63,697 nt of DNA, filler included, from Lama guanicoe (GCA_013239625.1; 200 parts of 200 records of this genome joined end to end with filler, not necessarily neighbours in it); one strand, 5' to 3'; shown: positions 25,237 to 38,323, counted from the first letter of the whole stretch. Notes: a model not told the origin generated them from the letters alone. Translations and numbers: made by a program.

Positions 25237-25417
25237 GAGGGAAGATTGCCGAGATGGCGGAGTAGGCGGTCGTGGTGCTCACCCTCTTCCACAAATACAA
25301 CAAAGACTACATCTACCTACAGAACAATGTGCACAAAATGCCTACTGAACATTGGTAGAATATCTCTTGCTGCTGGAACTACAAGGAAATAACTCACAGA
25401 ACTGGGTTTTAAAAAAA
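25237..25417 (+). mobile_element. LINE-1 5' end (5' UTR start with YY1-type motif)
   Basis: 'gagatggcggagtagg...gctcaccctcttccacaaataca...acatctac', typical of laurasiatherian L1 5' ends. Confidence 0.7.
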
Positions 25418-26474
25418 NNNNNNNNNNNNNNNNNNNNNNNNNNNNNNNNNNNNNNNNNNNNTTAATTAATTAANNNNNNNNNNNNNNNNNNNNNNNNNNN
25501 NNNNNNNNNNNNNNNNNTGCAGTATGTCCCTAGTCTGTAGTGAACCTAGGCAGTCATTCCTCTACCTTCATGAACAAATGGAGGAGGAGGATAACCATTG
25601 CTTGAGCATCCTTCCTGCCACATTTTATCATCTGTGCAGTTTCATGACCAGATGAGAATTGTTTCTTGGCTGACACAGATGGGGAGAGGGTTTGTGTCTC
25701 ACTTCCCCATCTGCCTGTGTCACTGTGAGCATTATCNNNNNNNNNNNNNNNNNNNNNNNNNNNNNNNNNNNNNNNNNNNNTTAATTAATTAANNNNNNNN
25801 NNNNNNNNNNNNNNNNNNNNNNNNNNNNNNNNNNNNACCATGATCTCTCGGGATGTTAGGGAGCTGTTTGCCTCAATGGGAATGACTTTCATGAAAGAAG
25901 ATAAAGGGGGAGAGAAACTACACTAATAAAACTCCCTTCTTCTCCTTGAGTCGCCTTGCTAACGAAAAGCATTTCCACACTGGCTTTTACAGACTCTTAA
26001 GGACTGGTCATATTTGAATTAGAAAAAGCAGAATTGCATGGAAATTAGTCAAGTTNNNNNNNNNNNNNNNNNNNNNNNNNNNNNNNNNNNNNNNNNNNNT
26101 TAATTAATTAANNNNNNNNNNNNNNNNNNNNNNNNNNNNNNNNNNNNNNNNNNNNTGAAACTATTCTCATCACTTTAATTCATGGATATATGTATCAATA
26201 AGACGACTCCTTTTAATGAATGACAACATTTTGTGTAAACTGAGACAGCTACTATATAGCAATTCTAGTTTCTTCAAAGGATTCCCACCATCCGCATTGT
26301 TACTCTCCTCTGTAAATGACAAAATTTGCATTTATCTTATGTAATCACCCTCATTGCTCCTCACCAGTCTCCTTNNNNNNNNNNNNNNNNNNNNNNNNNN
26401 NNNNNNNNNNNNNNNNNNTTAATTAATTAANNNNNNNNNNNNNNNNNNNNNNNNNNNNNNNNNNNNNNNNNNNN

Positions 26475-26693
26475 GCTTAACATTAATGAATCTTGAGACA
26501 TGTCTATATTAATTAAACCAATAAGCTTCAGCTAGCTTTAATCATCTGGTATCAGTTCAGTACTGAATTTTTTTTTAGATCACATGAACCCGATTTTCAT
26601 TCTAGTCAGTTTCTTTTATATTTCTGAGTTTTTATATCAGCATGTAATTTTCTTTAAGCCAATTAAATAGAGCTCTTTTACAAATTAATTTTG
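26475..26693. mobile_element. ERV1-type internal sequence (non-coding)
   Basis: 'tttctttaagccaattaaatagagctctttta' resembles ERV1/MER-int internal segments. Confidence 0.5.
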
Positions 26694-27112
26694 NNNNNNN
26701 NNNNNNNNNNNNNNNNNNNNNNNNNNNNNNNNNNNNNTTAATTAATTAANNNNNNNNNNNNNNNNNNNNNNNNNNNNNNNNNNNNNNNNNNNNTAAACAC
26801 CGTGTATTCTCCTGGAGCATACGTTTTGCTCAATGTTAAAAATTTAATCATTTTAATGTTAAAGGAACAGGTAGTGCATGGGTTTAAGATTATGGTAAAT
26901 AGGAGATGCTGCAAAAATTGCTGCTTAAGGCTACAACCTGGGATACCAGCATATGAGTTTCTTTCTTTAATGCTGCTTAATGAAAAAGTCTTTCACTGGT
27001 GCTCTTTTCCCCNNNNNNNNNNNNNNNNNNNNNNNNNNNNNNNNNNNNNNNNNNNNTTAATTAATTAANNNNNNNNNNNNNNNNNNNNNNNNNNNNNNNN
27101 NNNNNNNNNNNN

Positions 27113-27331
27113 CCTTCTTTTTGAGGTTGAATAATATTCAATTGCATGTCTATAAAATATTTTAAGCATTTATCTGCTAATAAAGACTTAGATTGTTTTC
27201 ATATCTTGGTTATCGTGAAAAGTGTTGCAGTGAACTTTGGAGTACTGCCATCTCTTCAAGATTCCGATTTCAAGCCTTTTGCATCAGTATCCAGATGTGA
27301 GATTCTTTTGTATTTGGATGTCCATTTTCTT
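27113..27331 (-). mobile_element. LINE-1 3' ORF2 fragment
   Basis: 'gacttagattgttttcatatcttggttatcgtgaaaagtgttgcagtgaac...atctcttcaagattccgatttca'. Confidence 0.85.
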
Positions 27332-29026
27332 NNNNNNNNNNNNNNNNNNNNNNNNNNNNNNNNNNNNNNNNNNNNTTAATTAATTAANNNNNNNNNNNNN
27401 NNNNNNNNNNNNNNNNNNNNNNNNNNNNNNNGGGCTCTGTCTTTCAAATTCTAGTCGCCCTGGTGTCTCCAGACTCAGTTCTAGCCCCTCAACTCAGGGA
27501 GCCTGGGGGGACTCCCATGGGTTCCCTCTCCCTGCACTGCGTCCTGGAAGCTCTCTCAGGTAACTGAGCTGGAGCAGTCACAGGCTCACCTATGCTTTGT
27601 TTCCCATTTCTCAGGGATCACTATCCTTTTTGCCTGATATCCAGTATCTTNNNNNNNNNNNNNNNNNNNNNNNNNNNNNNNNNNNNNNNNNNNNTTAATT
27701 AATTAANNNNNNNNNNNNNNNNNNNNNNNNNNNNNNNNNNNNNNNNNNNNCTTTTATCTCTTTCTTGGCATCCTGTTTCTTTCTATTCCATAGAGATAAT
27801 CATTTTATTTTCATTTTTTAATTTAGTCTTTTATGTTTTATTTTAATATCAACTGGCATATTTATATATTCGTATCTACCCAATAGTAGCATAATATATG
27901 CAGTTTTCTTCACCTTGCTCTTAGCAGGGTGTGGGGACTTATTTCACAGCAGAGTATAAAGGCACACCTNNNNNNNNNNNNNNNNNNNNNNNNNNNNNNN
28001 NNNNNNNNNNNNNTTAATTAATTAANNNNNNNNNNNNNNNNNNNNNNNNNNNNNNNNNNNNNNNNNNNNCCCTGGCCCCTTCCCTTTAACTACTGCCTGT
28101 AGACTTCTTCCTTAAGCAACACACACTTTACAGCAGAGGCTCTCCACCTAGCTACATGCTAGGTTTGTCTGGGAACCTTGAAAGTCCTGTGCCAAGCTCG
28201 CGACAGACCAATCCCTGGGGGTGGGCCGGGGCAGCAGCGTTTACAGCTCCCCAGGGGGTGTCCAGTGAGCACACAGTTGAGTAAAGAANNNNNNNNNNNN
28301 NNNNNNNNNNNNNNNNNNNNNNNNNNNNNNNNTTAATTAATTAANNNNNNNNNNNNNNNNNNNNNNNNNNNNNNNNNNNNNNNNNNNNAAGTTGAAATAT
28401 CTCTGAGGACACCCTAAAAGCAGGGCCTTTTGTAACCCAGGTAGGCCAAAGCACAGAAGAAGAAGAACAAGACCATTTATGATTTAGAGTGAGAAGAAGA
28501 GGGAGATGGAGAGAGAAGGGGAAAAGTGCATATAGGCAGCTAGCCCTGCACGCCCTTCGAAGTAGCTCTGAGCTCCCTTGAGAGCCCTCCTCCTCCTGCC
28601 CTTTTAGNNNNNNNNNNNNNNNNNNNNNNNNNNNNNNNNNNNNNNNNNNNNTTAATTAATTAANNNNNNNNNNNNNNNNNNNNNNNNNNNNNNNNNNNNN
28701 NNNNNNNAATACACACACAAGCTGACTGGAATCCTGAAACACTAAAGCCAATCTCTCGTATTTCCCAGGCTAGTCTCTTTTTTCTCAAGAACTCTACATC
28801 TCAACGATTTTCTTTTGCTGGTAACAGCAATATGAGTCTGGGGAATATCCTTTCATTTGAGATCAATTCTGTTGTGTTTTATTGACTCACATCCTTTGCA
28901 AGAGGGAAAATACTGAAGTTTTAGTGNNNNNNNNNNNNNNNNNNNNNNNNNNNNNNNNNNNNNNNNNNNNTTAATTAATTAANNNNNNNNNNNNNNNNNN
29001 NNNNNNNNNNNNNNNNNNNNNNNNNN

Positions 29027-29245
29027 AAATTGTTTTGAAGCAAATTAAAACGTGGGAAATGTCAGCAAAGAAATTTCAAAAATAATCATATGAAAATTAT
29101 AAACTGAAAATACAAAAATGTAAAAAAATCTTAACTGAATGGGTTCAATAGTAGAATGAAGATGACGGAGTTGATGGCTTCAATACACTTGAGGGCGAAA
29201 TAATAGAGTTCACCCAACCTGAACAACAGAGAGGAAGGAAACTGA
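29027..29245 (+). mobile_element. Old LINE-1 ORF1 fragment
   Basis: 'actgaatgggttcaatagtagaatg...cacccaacctgaacaacagagagg'. Confidence 0.75.
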
Positions 29246-29664
29246 NNNNNNNNNNNNNNNNNNNNNNNNNNNNNNNNNNNNNNNNNNNNTTAATTAATTA
29301 ANNNNNNNNNNNNNNNNNNNNNNNNNNNNNNNNNNNNNNNNNNNNATGTCCAAGTGTACAGTCCGCCAAACAGCGGGGACGTTGGCTGGACCCCGCCCCT
29401 GGCCGGTGCAACAGCGCCGCATGTGTGCGCTCCCCTGGCTGGCACAAGGCCCCCGGAACCCGTAAGTACTGTTGTCAGCTCAGAGCTGGCAGAAGAATTT
29501 TGTAGATTTTATGGTGCCTCCTGCTGTGGTTGTGGCACAGGGCAGTAGATGAGTTGGTGTGGCCNNNNNNNNNNNNNNNNNNNNNNNNNNNNNNNNNNNN
29601 NNNNNNNNTTAATTAATTAANNNNNNNNNNNNNNNNNNNNNNNNNNNNNNNNNNNNNNNNNNNN

Positions 29665-29883
29665 ACACAACATTGTAAAGTGATTATAAATCAATAAAAA
29701 ATTTAAAAAAAAAAGCAACCTAAGTGTCCATCAACAGATGAATGGACAAAGCATATGTAGTGTATATATACAAAGAAATATTAGCCATAAAAAAGAATGA
29801 AAGCCTCCATTAGTAACAACATGGGTGGACCCAGTAGAGGGTATTATGCTTAGTGAAATAAGTCAGACAGAGAAAGATAAATA
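29665..29883 (+). mobile_element. LINE-1 3' tail followed by a second L1 ORF2 3' fragment
   Basis: 'acaacattgtaaagtgattataaatcaataaaaa' + poly-A, then 'gcaacctaagtgtccatcaacagatgaatgga'. Confidence 0.88.
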
Positions 29884-30695
29884 NNNNNNNNNNNNNNNNN
29901 NNNNNNNNNNNNNNNNNNNNNNNNNNNTTAATTAATTAANNNNNNNNNNNNNNNNNNNNNNNNNNNNNNNNNNNNNNNNNNNNCAGGCCTAGCACGTTTT
30001 ATGAAATGCCAAACACATGAATAAGAACAAACGCAGATCACCTAATTACTGCTGCGGCTGGCATGAAAACTCCAGTTGTGGTATTTATTTCGCTCACACT
30101 ACATGGTGAAAAGTGTGGAAGGGAAAATAAGGATCGTTCCATACATTCCAAACAGCCGCAGTACACAGAGTAAACGCCATGCGCTCCTGCATTCCGTGTA
30201 ACNNNNNNNNNNNNNNNNNNNNNNNNNNNNNNNNNNNNNNNNNNNNTTAATTAATTAANNNNNNNNNNNNNNNNNNNNNNNNNNNNNNNNNNNNNNNNNN
30301 NNCTCCCAAGGCTTCCCCCAAATGCATCTCATCAGTGTGACTTCTGAATTTTCCAGAAGCTCAACAGCCTCCTCACCGGCTCTCTCTTCTGCTCCACCTC
30401 AGCCCAAACTCTAACCTGATCCATGTAGCTGACCTTCCCAGGCAACCTTCCCCTTCTCCTTCCTCCTCCCAATTCCCTGCCTTTATCACACCAAAGAGGG
30501 CCCAGGAGGACTGGATCCCAGNNNNNNNNNNNNNNNNNNNNNNNNNNNNNNNNNNNNNNNNNNNNTTAATTAATTAANNNNNNNNNNNNNNNNNNNNNNN
30601 NNNNNNNNNNNNNNNNNNNNNTCAAAGATGCTGACTTCTAGCTCATGTGTCAGGCCATTCGAGCAACCAGCAGATGTGAGTGCCAGAGTCAGGGG

Positions 30696-30719
30696 ACACA
30701 CACACACACACACACACAC
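30696..30719. repeat. (AC)12 microsatellite
   Basis: Read directly. Confidence 0.95.
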
Positions 30720-31415
30720 CACAGACCTACTCCCCAAAGCACCATCAAAAGAACGGATTATTATTTATTTATTTCAGGTCACGGCTGGGAGCCTAACATG
30801 AGCTCATTTACACGGAAAGGCAGGCTGTTCATGCAAAAACNNNNNNNNNNNNNNNNNNNNNNNNNNNNNNNNNNNNNNNNNNNNTTAATTAATTAANNNN
30901 NNNNNNNNNNNNNNNNNNNNNNNNNNNNNNNNNNNNNNNNATTTCCTATGGACTGTCTCAGGACAATTAAAATGAACATTTATTGAAGGGGATTTGCTTA
31001 TTTGGACCATATCAGTGTTTACTGCATCAGGCATCAGAACTGAGAGAATGTTACAACACAAAACCACGCAAGCACACATTCCATTAGCTGTCAGTGGGGA
31101 TGTCATCCCATGTCATGTAGCTCTGGAAAAGGCCAGCGCGCACTCAAGACAGAACAAGANNNNNNNNNNNNNNNNNNNNNNNNNNNNNNNNNNNNNNNNN
31201 NNNTTAATTAATTAANNNNNNNNNNNNNNNNNNNNNNNNNNNNNNNNNNNNNNNNNNNNTGTCCAGTTTGTTCTGCTTCCCTCTCCCTTCTGAGGGCCCT
31301 CTGTGAGCCCCACACCCCAAGTCACACCTTGGGGAACCAGCCCATGGCCAGAGGGAAGCAAGGGGCCAAACCAACTCCCCACAACTAGACTGTGATGCAG
31401 TACCCCCCAACTCAC

Positions 31416-31478
31416 ATCCTCCACGTCAGCATCAAACTCAGCCAGGTCCTCCTTGTGGCTGTCGATGCGCAGGAAGAA
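31416..31478 (-). CDS. 3' part of a coding exon (FFLRIDSHKEDLAEFDADVED), gene unidentified
   Basis: 21 GC3-rich codons ending at a consensus donor 'GAT|gtgagt'. Confidence 0.55.
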
Positions 31479-31960
31479 NNNNNNNNNNNNNNNNNNNNNN
31501 NNNNNNNNNNNNNNNNNNNNNNTTAATTAATTAANNNNNNNNNNNNNNNNNNNNNNNNNNNNNNNNNNNNNNNNNNNNAGCCCTGGGGGCTGCTTCTGTC
31601 CCTTAGCTGGGGCCTCAGAGCTCCCTTTACAACCCAGTCCTGTTGATACAAGAAAAAATACGTGGAGCATGAGAAGGGCTGTGTCCCAGGCTTTGGTTGG
31701 GCCCCTGGGATGTGCCTCGGCAGATGTTGGTCCTAGGCTTCGTGCAGGAAAGAATTCAAGAGCAAGCCAGTGTTGGGTAAAGGTAGATTTATTCAGANNN
31801 NNNNNNNNNNNNNNNNNNNNNNNNNNNNNNNNNNNNNNNNNTTAATTAATTAANNNNNNNNNNNNNNNNNNNNNNNNNNNNNNNNNNNNNNNNNNNNCAG
31901 TGTACTGTGCTTTGGGCTAGTCTGAGTGTGTCCTGTCAGCCAAAAGGTCTCACAGTAGCC

Positions 31961-32116
31961 CTGTGAACTGAATGTTTGTATCCTCCTCAAATTCATATGT
32001 TGAAACTCTAATCCCCAACTTACGGTGTCTGGAGATGGAACCACTGAGCGGTGATTAGGGCAGGAGGGTGGGGACCTCAGGCTGGGATTAGTGCTCTAAT
32101 TAGTGGCACAGGAAAG
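31961..32116 (+). mobile_element. MLT1 (ERVL-MaLR) LTR 5' part
   Basis: 'actgaatgtttgtatcctcctcaaattcatatgttgaaactctaatcccca...gggattagtgctct'. Confidence 0.88.
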
Positions 32117-32216
32117 NNNNNNNNNNNNNNNNNNNNNNNNNNNNNNNNNNNNNNNNNNNNTTAATTAATTAANNNNNNNNNNNNNNNNNNNNNNNNNNNN
32201 NNNNNNNNNNNNNNNN

Positions 32217-32435
32217 GGAAAACAGTATTCAGATTTGTTTAAAAACTAAAAAGTTAACTTCCATAAGACCCAGTAATATTTCTCCTAGGAAAAATCTAGG
32301 GAAAATACCTAAATTTAGAAGAACCAATGTTCACAACACCTCTGTTTATAATATGCAAGACAGGGAAGCAATCCAAGAGTCCACAATAGACTATGGACTT
32401 AAGAAGATATGATGTATCTATAAATATGCAATGGA
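32217..32435 (+). mobile_element. LINE-1 ORF2 3' fragment
   Basis: 'ggaaaacagtat...aaaaactaaaa...ccataagacccagtaat...ccaatgttcacaacacc'. Confidence 0.8.
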
Positions 32436-32934
32436 NNNNNNNNNNNNNNNNNNNNNNNNNNNNNNNNNNNNNNNNNNNNTTAATTAATTAANNNNNNNNN
32501 NNNNNNNNNNNNNNNNNNNNNNNNNNNNNNNNNNNAAGAAAGGGGAGAAATCCCCTTTCTTGACACTGGACCCTGTGGAGACCCTGAAACGAAGCCCACA
32601 GGCGGCTTCCCACGCAGGCCTGAACATCAATGTGAGTTGTGTTTCTCTTTCTGATTTTTAAAAACAGCTGCTCGGCATCACGGTGGAAGATAAGCCATTT
32701 TCTCATGAACTCCTTGCCCAGATTACATTATGGTTCATAAAAAGTCCTGTGTTANNNNNNNNNNNNNNNNNNNNNNNNNNNNNNNNNNNNNNNNNNNNTT
32801 AATTAATTAANNNNNNNNNNNNNNNNNNNNNNNNNNNNNNNNNNNNNNNNNNNNAACAGTTTACTTTTTGAGAGCATTTCAGGTATTAATATTTCCTTTC
32901 TTGTCTAGTGTGAGTATTGGTATTTCAGAGCGCA

Positions 32935-33073
32935 TGATCCAGAGTCAGATTATGTGGACTTGAATCCACACACCAGCCAAGGAAGCCACTCAACCTCTTT
33001 TTAAAAGATGTTTCCTCATCTTTTTGATGGAAATAATAATAGCAGGCATCTCCTGGAGTTGTGGTGAGGACTA
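32935..33073 (+). mobile_element. MIR SINE remnant
   Basis: 'agagtcaga...ttgaatcc...tttcctcatct...atggaaataataatagc...gttgtggtgagga'. Confidence 0.7.
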
Positions 33074-34449
33074 NNNNNNNNNNNNNNNNNNNNNNNNNNN
33101 NNNNNNNNNNNNNNNNNTTAATTAATTAANNNNNNNNNNNNNNNNNNNNNNNNNNNNNNNNNNNNNNNNNNNNTAAAAAAATTAAATTCAGGCAGATGGG
33201 GTGAATAAATTTTTTTAAATTGTATAAAAATTAGTAAAATCTACCCGGAAACCCTTCCTAGCTTCTGAATAATAGTATAAATACTTTTACCTTTTGAGTA
33301 ATTGCCTTATCATCTTAAAAAATAAAAATCATGAAATTTGTTAATTTTCCTTTATGTCTATGTTTTAAAATGTGGGTTAGAGGCTTATCCATNNNNNNNN
33401 NNNNNNNNNNNNNNNNNNNNNNNNNNNNNNNNNNNNTTAATTAATTAANNNNNNNNNNNNNNNNNNNNNNNNNNNNNNNNNNNNNNNNNNNNCGGCTGTC
33501 AGGCCTCTTGTCGCACCTCTTCCTATCCTGGCTCCCCTTTCCGGTTAGAGTCAGCTCTGAGCCACTGTGTCCCCTGTACAAAAGGGATTGGAGGTGAGGG
33601 GGCTTCTCTCGGGGGTGATGAGGAGAAACCACAGGATGGAGTCTCTGGGTGCCTAGTGAGGGCAGAAAGCCCTTAGCAGCCTCCCATCTAGCCCAAGCCT
33701 TACACCCAAGANNNNNNNNNNNNNNNNNNNNNNNNNNNNNNNNNNNNNNNNNNNNTTAATTAATTAANNNNNNNNNNNNNNNNNNNNNNNNNNNNNNNNN
33801 NNNNNNNNNNNTTTTCATTGATTCTCATTTTTCAATGAGCTTTGTCTTCCAGGCAATATCAGTTCTCCAGATGAATACAGTTTTTTGATATATGTTTTTG
33901 CAACAATGACTCCATTAAACAAAAGCCAGTGGTTGAGAAGGAAGAGATTAGAAAAATAAATGTCTGAATATTTCAATACTGTCATTTTGAGTTAAAACTT
34001 GTCTGAGCATAATTTATATTCATATATATANNNNNNNNNNNNNNNNNNNNNNNNNNNNNNNNNNNNNNNNNNNNTTAATTAATTAANNNNNNNNNNNNNN
34101 NNNNNNNNNNNNNNNNNNNNNNNNNNNNNNTAATTAATTTATATCACCAGTAAATGAAAGTTGCATATAAAATTCCATTTTCCTAAGAAAGGTAAAAATT
34201 TTCTTATTCCTTATTTTGCCCCCGGTTATGACCTTCTTCTGTAAAGCCAGAGACAATAACTAGACTCTGTGGTAAAGAAGAGATGCTTGTCTGAAAACTG
34301 GAAGAATCCTGACCTGCTTGCTTAGCTGGAAGTTTTCAAAAAAAAAAAANNNNNNNNNNNNNNNNNNNNNNNNNNNNNNNNNNNNNNNNNNNNTTAATTA
34401 ATTAANNNNNNNNNNNNNNNNNNNNNNNNNNNNNNNNNNNNNNNNNNNN

Positions 34450-34668
34450 GATGGTATTAGGAGGTGAGGCCTTTGTGATGTGATTAAATCATGGAGGTGG
34501 AGCTCTCATAGATTGAATTTGTGCTCTTATAAGAGAGCCCCAGACAGTTCCTCTGCCCCTTCCACCATGTGAGGACACAGGCAGAAGATGACTGTCTGAA
34601 CCAGGAAGCGGGCCCTCCACCAACACTGAATTAGCTTACACTGAAATTCTGGACTTCCCAGCCTCCAC
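34450..34668 (+). mobile_element. MLT1A-like LTR
   Basis: 'gatggtattaggaggtgaggcctttg...cccttccaccatgtgaggacacag...ccaggaagcgggccctc...ggacttcccagcctcca'. Confidence 0.9.
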
Positions 34669-34768
34669 NNNNNNNNNNNNNNNNNNNNNNNNNNNNNNNN
34701 NNNNNNNNNNNNTTAATTAATTAANNNNNNNNNNNNNNNNNNNNNNNNNNNNNNNNNNNNNNNNNNNN

Positions 34769-34987
34769 TAATTTCCAGAATACATAAGCAGCTCATACGA
34801 CTGAATAAGAAAAAAAAACAACCCAATCCAAAAATGGGCAAAAGACCGAAACAAGCGATTATCCAATGAAGACATACAAATGGCCAATAGACATATGAAA
34901 AAATACTGAATATCGCTATTACCAGAGAAATGCAAATCAAAATACAATGAAGTATCACCTCACACCAATCAGAGCAGCCATCATTCA
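34769..34987 (+). mobile_element. LINE-1 ORF2 fragment
   Basis: 'acaacccaatccaaaaatgggcaaaagacc...agacatacaaatggccaatagacatatgaaaaaat...gaaatgcaaatcaaaa'. Confidence 0.93.
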
Positions 34988-35556
34988 NNNNNNNNNNNNN
35001 NNNNNNNNNNNNNNNNNNNNNNNNNNNNNNNTTAATTAATTAANNNNNNNNNNNNNNNNNNNNNNNNNNNNNNNNNNNNNNNNNNNNAAAGAAAAAGATT
35101 CTGAGACATATTTAATAAAATATCATGAAGTTGTTGGAAGCAGGACAGCCCCCTTGACATCAGGTAAACATCTGCATTGTGAGCACTTGGACTACGTCAT
35201 TTAGGGAAATGTGTCTCTCATACAATTCTCTGTCTCTCAATGTTTCTCTTCTGTTCCCTGGTGTGTGTGTTTCTTTTAATCTACTGTGGTGGTCTGATAC
35301 ACTGGTNNNNNNNNNNNNNNNNNNNNNNNNNNNNNNNNNNNNNNNNNNNNTTAATTAATTAANNNNNNNNNNNNNNNNNNNNNNNNNNNNNNNNNNNNNN
35401 NNNNNNTGCTCTGCCCCACCTTCCTTCCCCCTGGTGGGTGGGGCCAGAGTCACTCGGGAGCCTCAACAGATGAGCTCTCCAAGCAGAGGGGCCCCGGGTG
35501 GTTGAGGAGTCCCGCCTGGCTCTTGACTGACCTCTCCAGCACTTAGGCAGACTCAC

Positions 35557-35581
35557 CCTCTCCAGGACTGCGCTCAGCCAT
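35557..35581 (-). CDS. Candidate first coding exon end (MAERSPGE), unidentified
   Basis: Strong Kozak context 'gcaggATGG', then 25 nt to donor 'GAGG|gtgagt'. Confidence 0.3.
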
Positions 35582-36764
35582 CCTGCACCAGCTCAAGGGA
35601 GCAGGGGGACACACTGCTCCAGAGANNNNNNNNNNNNNNNNNNNNNNNNNNNNNNNNNNNNNNNNNNNNTTAATTAATTAANNNNNNNNNNNNNNNNNNN
35701 NNNNNNNNNNNNNNNNNNNNNNNNNAGAATTCATATAACTAGGGAAGGTGGCATTACAGTCAATTATTTTTGGCACGAAATTTTATTTAAGAACATTTTA
35801 TAACTTTAAAGTAACTTGCTTTAAACATTCATTGGTCTGTATTTCTTAAAACTTCCCCAAATTCTGTGAGAATTTTAACTGGACAGCTGCTAAGTCCATG
35901 AGATGTTACAGGAGCTGAACTAGTGAAGGAATAAGGTGTCTGATNNNNNNNNNNNNNNNNNNNNNNNNNNNNNNNNNNNNNNNNNNNNTTAATTAATTAA
36001 NNNNNNNNNNNNNNNNNNNNNNNNNNNNNNNNNNNNNNNNNNNNAACAGTAGAAGGATGTACCTTTGGTTTATCCAAAGAAAGGAAAGGAGAACACTAAC
36101 AAGGAATGCAATAGCCATCCACTGGTGTTCCATCACCTCTAGGCACCGAGTGTTTAGGGACCTGTGAAGAGGTGTTGTGAGAAAGAACAGTCATGAATGT
36201 TTAAGAAGATGTGTACTTAACATTACATATGCTTCCAGACATAGTTACAATGGTGAGGAGGTTNNNNNNNNNNNNNNNNNNNNNNNNNNNNNNNNNNNNN
36301 NNNNNNNTTAATTAATTAANNNNNNNNNNNNNNNNNNNNNNNNNNNNNNNNNNNNNNNNNNNNTATAATACTAAATAAAATAGCATTATTTCCTAAACAA
36401 ATAGATAATACTCATTTTAGAAACAGGAAAATACAAAAACACAGAAATAAGAGTAATCATCTATTTTAGCCAATCTAACTTTGAATGTTAAAATTTTGAG
36501 GGACAGTCTTCAGATGGTTGTATTTTGTAATATTTACATACATATCCACTGAGCATATTTGCCTGTAGAGTTGTATTGGTTTNNNNNNNNNNNNNNNNNN
36601 NNNNNNNNNNNNNNNNNNNNNNNNNNTTAATTAATTAANNNNNNNNNNNNNNNNNNNNNNNNNNNNNNNNNNNNNNNNNNNNGGATGTGCGGTCCATGAT
36701 GCCAGGTGGGGTCAGGCTGGAGGGGAATGGGTTGTTCACTGAGACTGACCTTGACAGCTTACAG

Positions 36765-36893
36765 CCCAGTGCTTTGATCCCTGGCCCAACTCAAGCCCAC
36801 TATTACACTGGAGGAGGGACTGCGGCGGGCCGAGCAGGAATGGGAGCGCATAAGCAACTTCGACCGAATGATGTATTACGAGATGGCGGCAAA
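36765..36893 (+). pseudogene. NUT-family (NUTM2-like) exon with an in-frame premature stop
   Basis: Acceptor 'cttacag|C', donor 'AA|gtgagt'. Translates [42 protein letters not shown] vs NUTM1/2 'PVLRSLAR(L/R)KPTMTLEEGL..A..EW.HTSNFDRMIFYEMAE(R/K)'. TGA at 36775-36777 replaces Arg. Confidence 0.88.
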
Positions 36894-37001
36894 GTGAGTC
36901 CNNNNNNNNNNNNNNNNNNNNNNNNNNNNNNNNNNNNNNNNNNNNTTAATTAATTAANNNNNNNNNNNNNNNNNNNNNNNNNNNNNNNNNNNNNNNNNNN
37001 N

Positions 37002-37220
37002 GGGAGAGGTTCTGTCGCTGCTGGATGGAGTTTTATAAATGCCAGTTACAGCAGGCTGGCTGATCGCTGCCTTCATGTCTTCTCTGCCCTTGCTGACTTC
37101 CTCTTGTCATTTTATCAATTTCTGAGAGAATGGTGTTGGAGTCTCCAGCTATACCTGTGGATGGGACTTCCTGCAGTTCTGTCAGGTTTTGCTTTGTGTT
37201 TGTTTTATCTGTTACTGGGT
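37002..37220 (-). mobile_element. Old LINE-1 ORF2 endonuclease-region fragment
   Basis: 'gttctg...gagttttataaatgccagtta...tgagagaatggtgttggagtctccagctatacctgtggat'. Confidence 0.75.
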
Positions 37221-38323
37221 NNNNNNNNNNNNNNNNNNNNNNNNNNNNNNNNNNNNNNNNNNNNTTAATTAATTAANNNNNNNNNNNNNNNNNNNNNNNN
37301 NNNNNNNNNNNNNNNNNNNNACCCCGTTTCGCCCTAGAGTACCGGGGTGAGGTGAGGGCTGTGAAGATTCGGGGGACAGAGGTGATTTTGTTGGATGATA
37401 CGTGAAGAAGTTGTACTCATTGGCCCATCCCTGTTTAGTCACAAGGTCCTAGTGAAAATACACACTGTGACTATGTTTGCTGGTATGCTACATTGAAACA
37501 GTGGACCGTAAACACTTCTTAAGGACTGAGAAAACATTGNNNNNNNNNNNNNNNNNNNNNNNNNNNNNNNNNNNNNNNNNNNNTTAATTAATTAANNNNN
37601 NNNNNNNNNNNNNNNNNNNNNNNNNNNNNNNNNNNNNNNATGATCCATAACCAGAAAATTAATAATTAAGATAGAACTAAATATGAAACTTGCAGTCAGT
37701 CAACTCTAAGTTCATATCCAAGTTCAGTTGCCTGCAAGCCCTGTGGCCTTGGGCAAATCATTTAACATTTTTTATACAAATGTTTCTCTTCTATAAATTA
37801 GGGATATTCATGTATAGTAAATTAATTGATTTATTTTAGAACTACTTTTTTTTTTTTANNNNNNNNNNNNNNNNNNNNNNNNNNNNNNNNNNNNNNNNNN
37901 NNTTAATTAATTAANNNNNNNNNNNNNNNNNNNNNNNNNNNNNNNNNNNNNNNNNNNNAACTAATGAAAAACACATATATTTGTCTTAACTCTCCACTGA
38001 GTTTAAATTTTTTTTAAGTGATGTTAACATTATGTAAAAGTACTCCGCAAACTTTTTTCATTAAAGACCCATTGTAAAAGCCCAGGCAACAGAGGAATTC
38101 AGGGAACTGGACACCTGTTTGCAATGGCAAACTGTGACTTTCCAATATTCTAGCTGGGAGTCAAAGAAAGAGGTGCCNNNNNNNNNNNNNNNNNNNNNNN
38201 NNNNNNNNNNNNNNNNNNNNNTTAATTAATTAANNNNNNNNNNNNNNNNNNNNNNNNNNNNNNNNNNNNNNNNNNNNCATCTGGGGAAATCTGAAAATGG
38301 ATTGTATTTTAGATCTCATTTAT

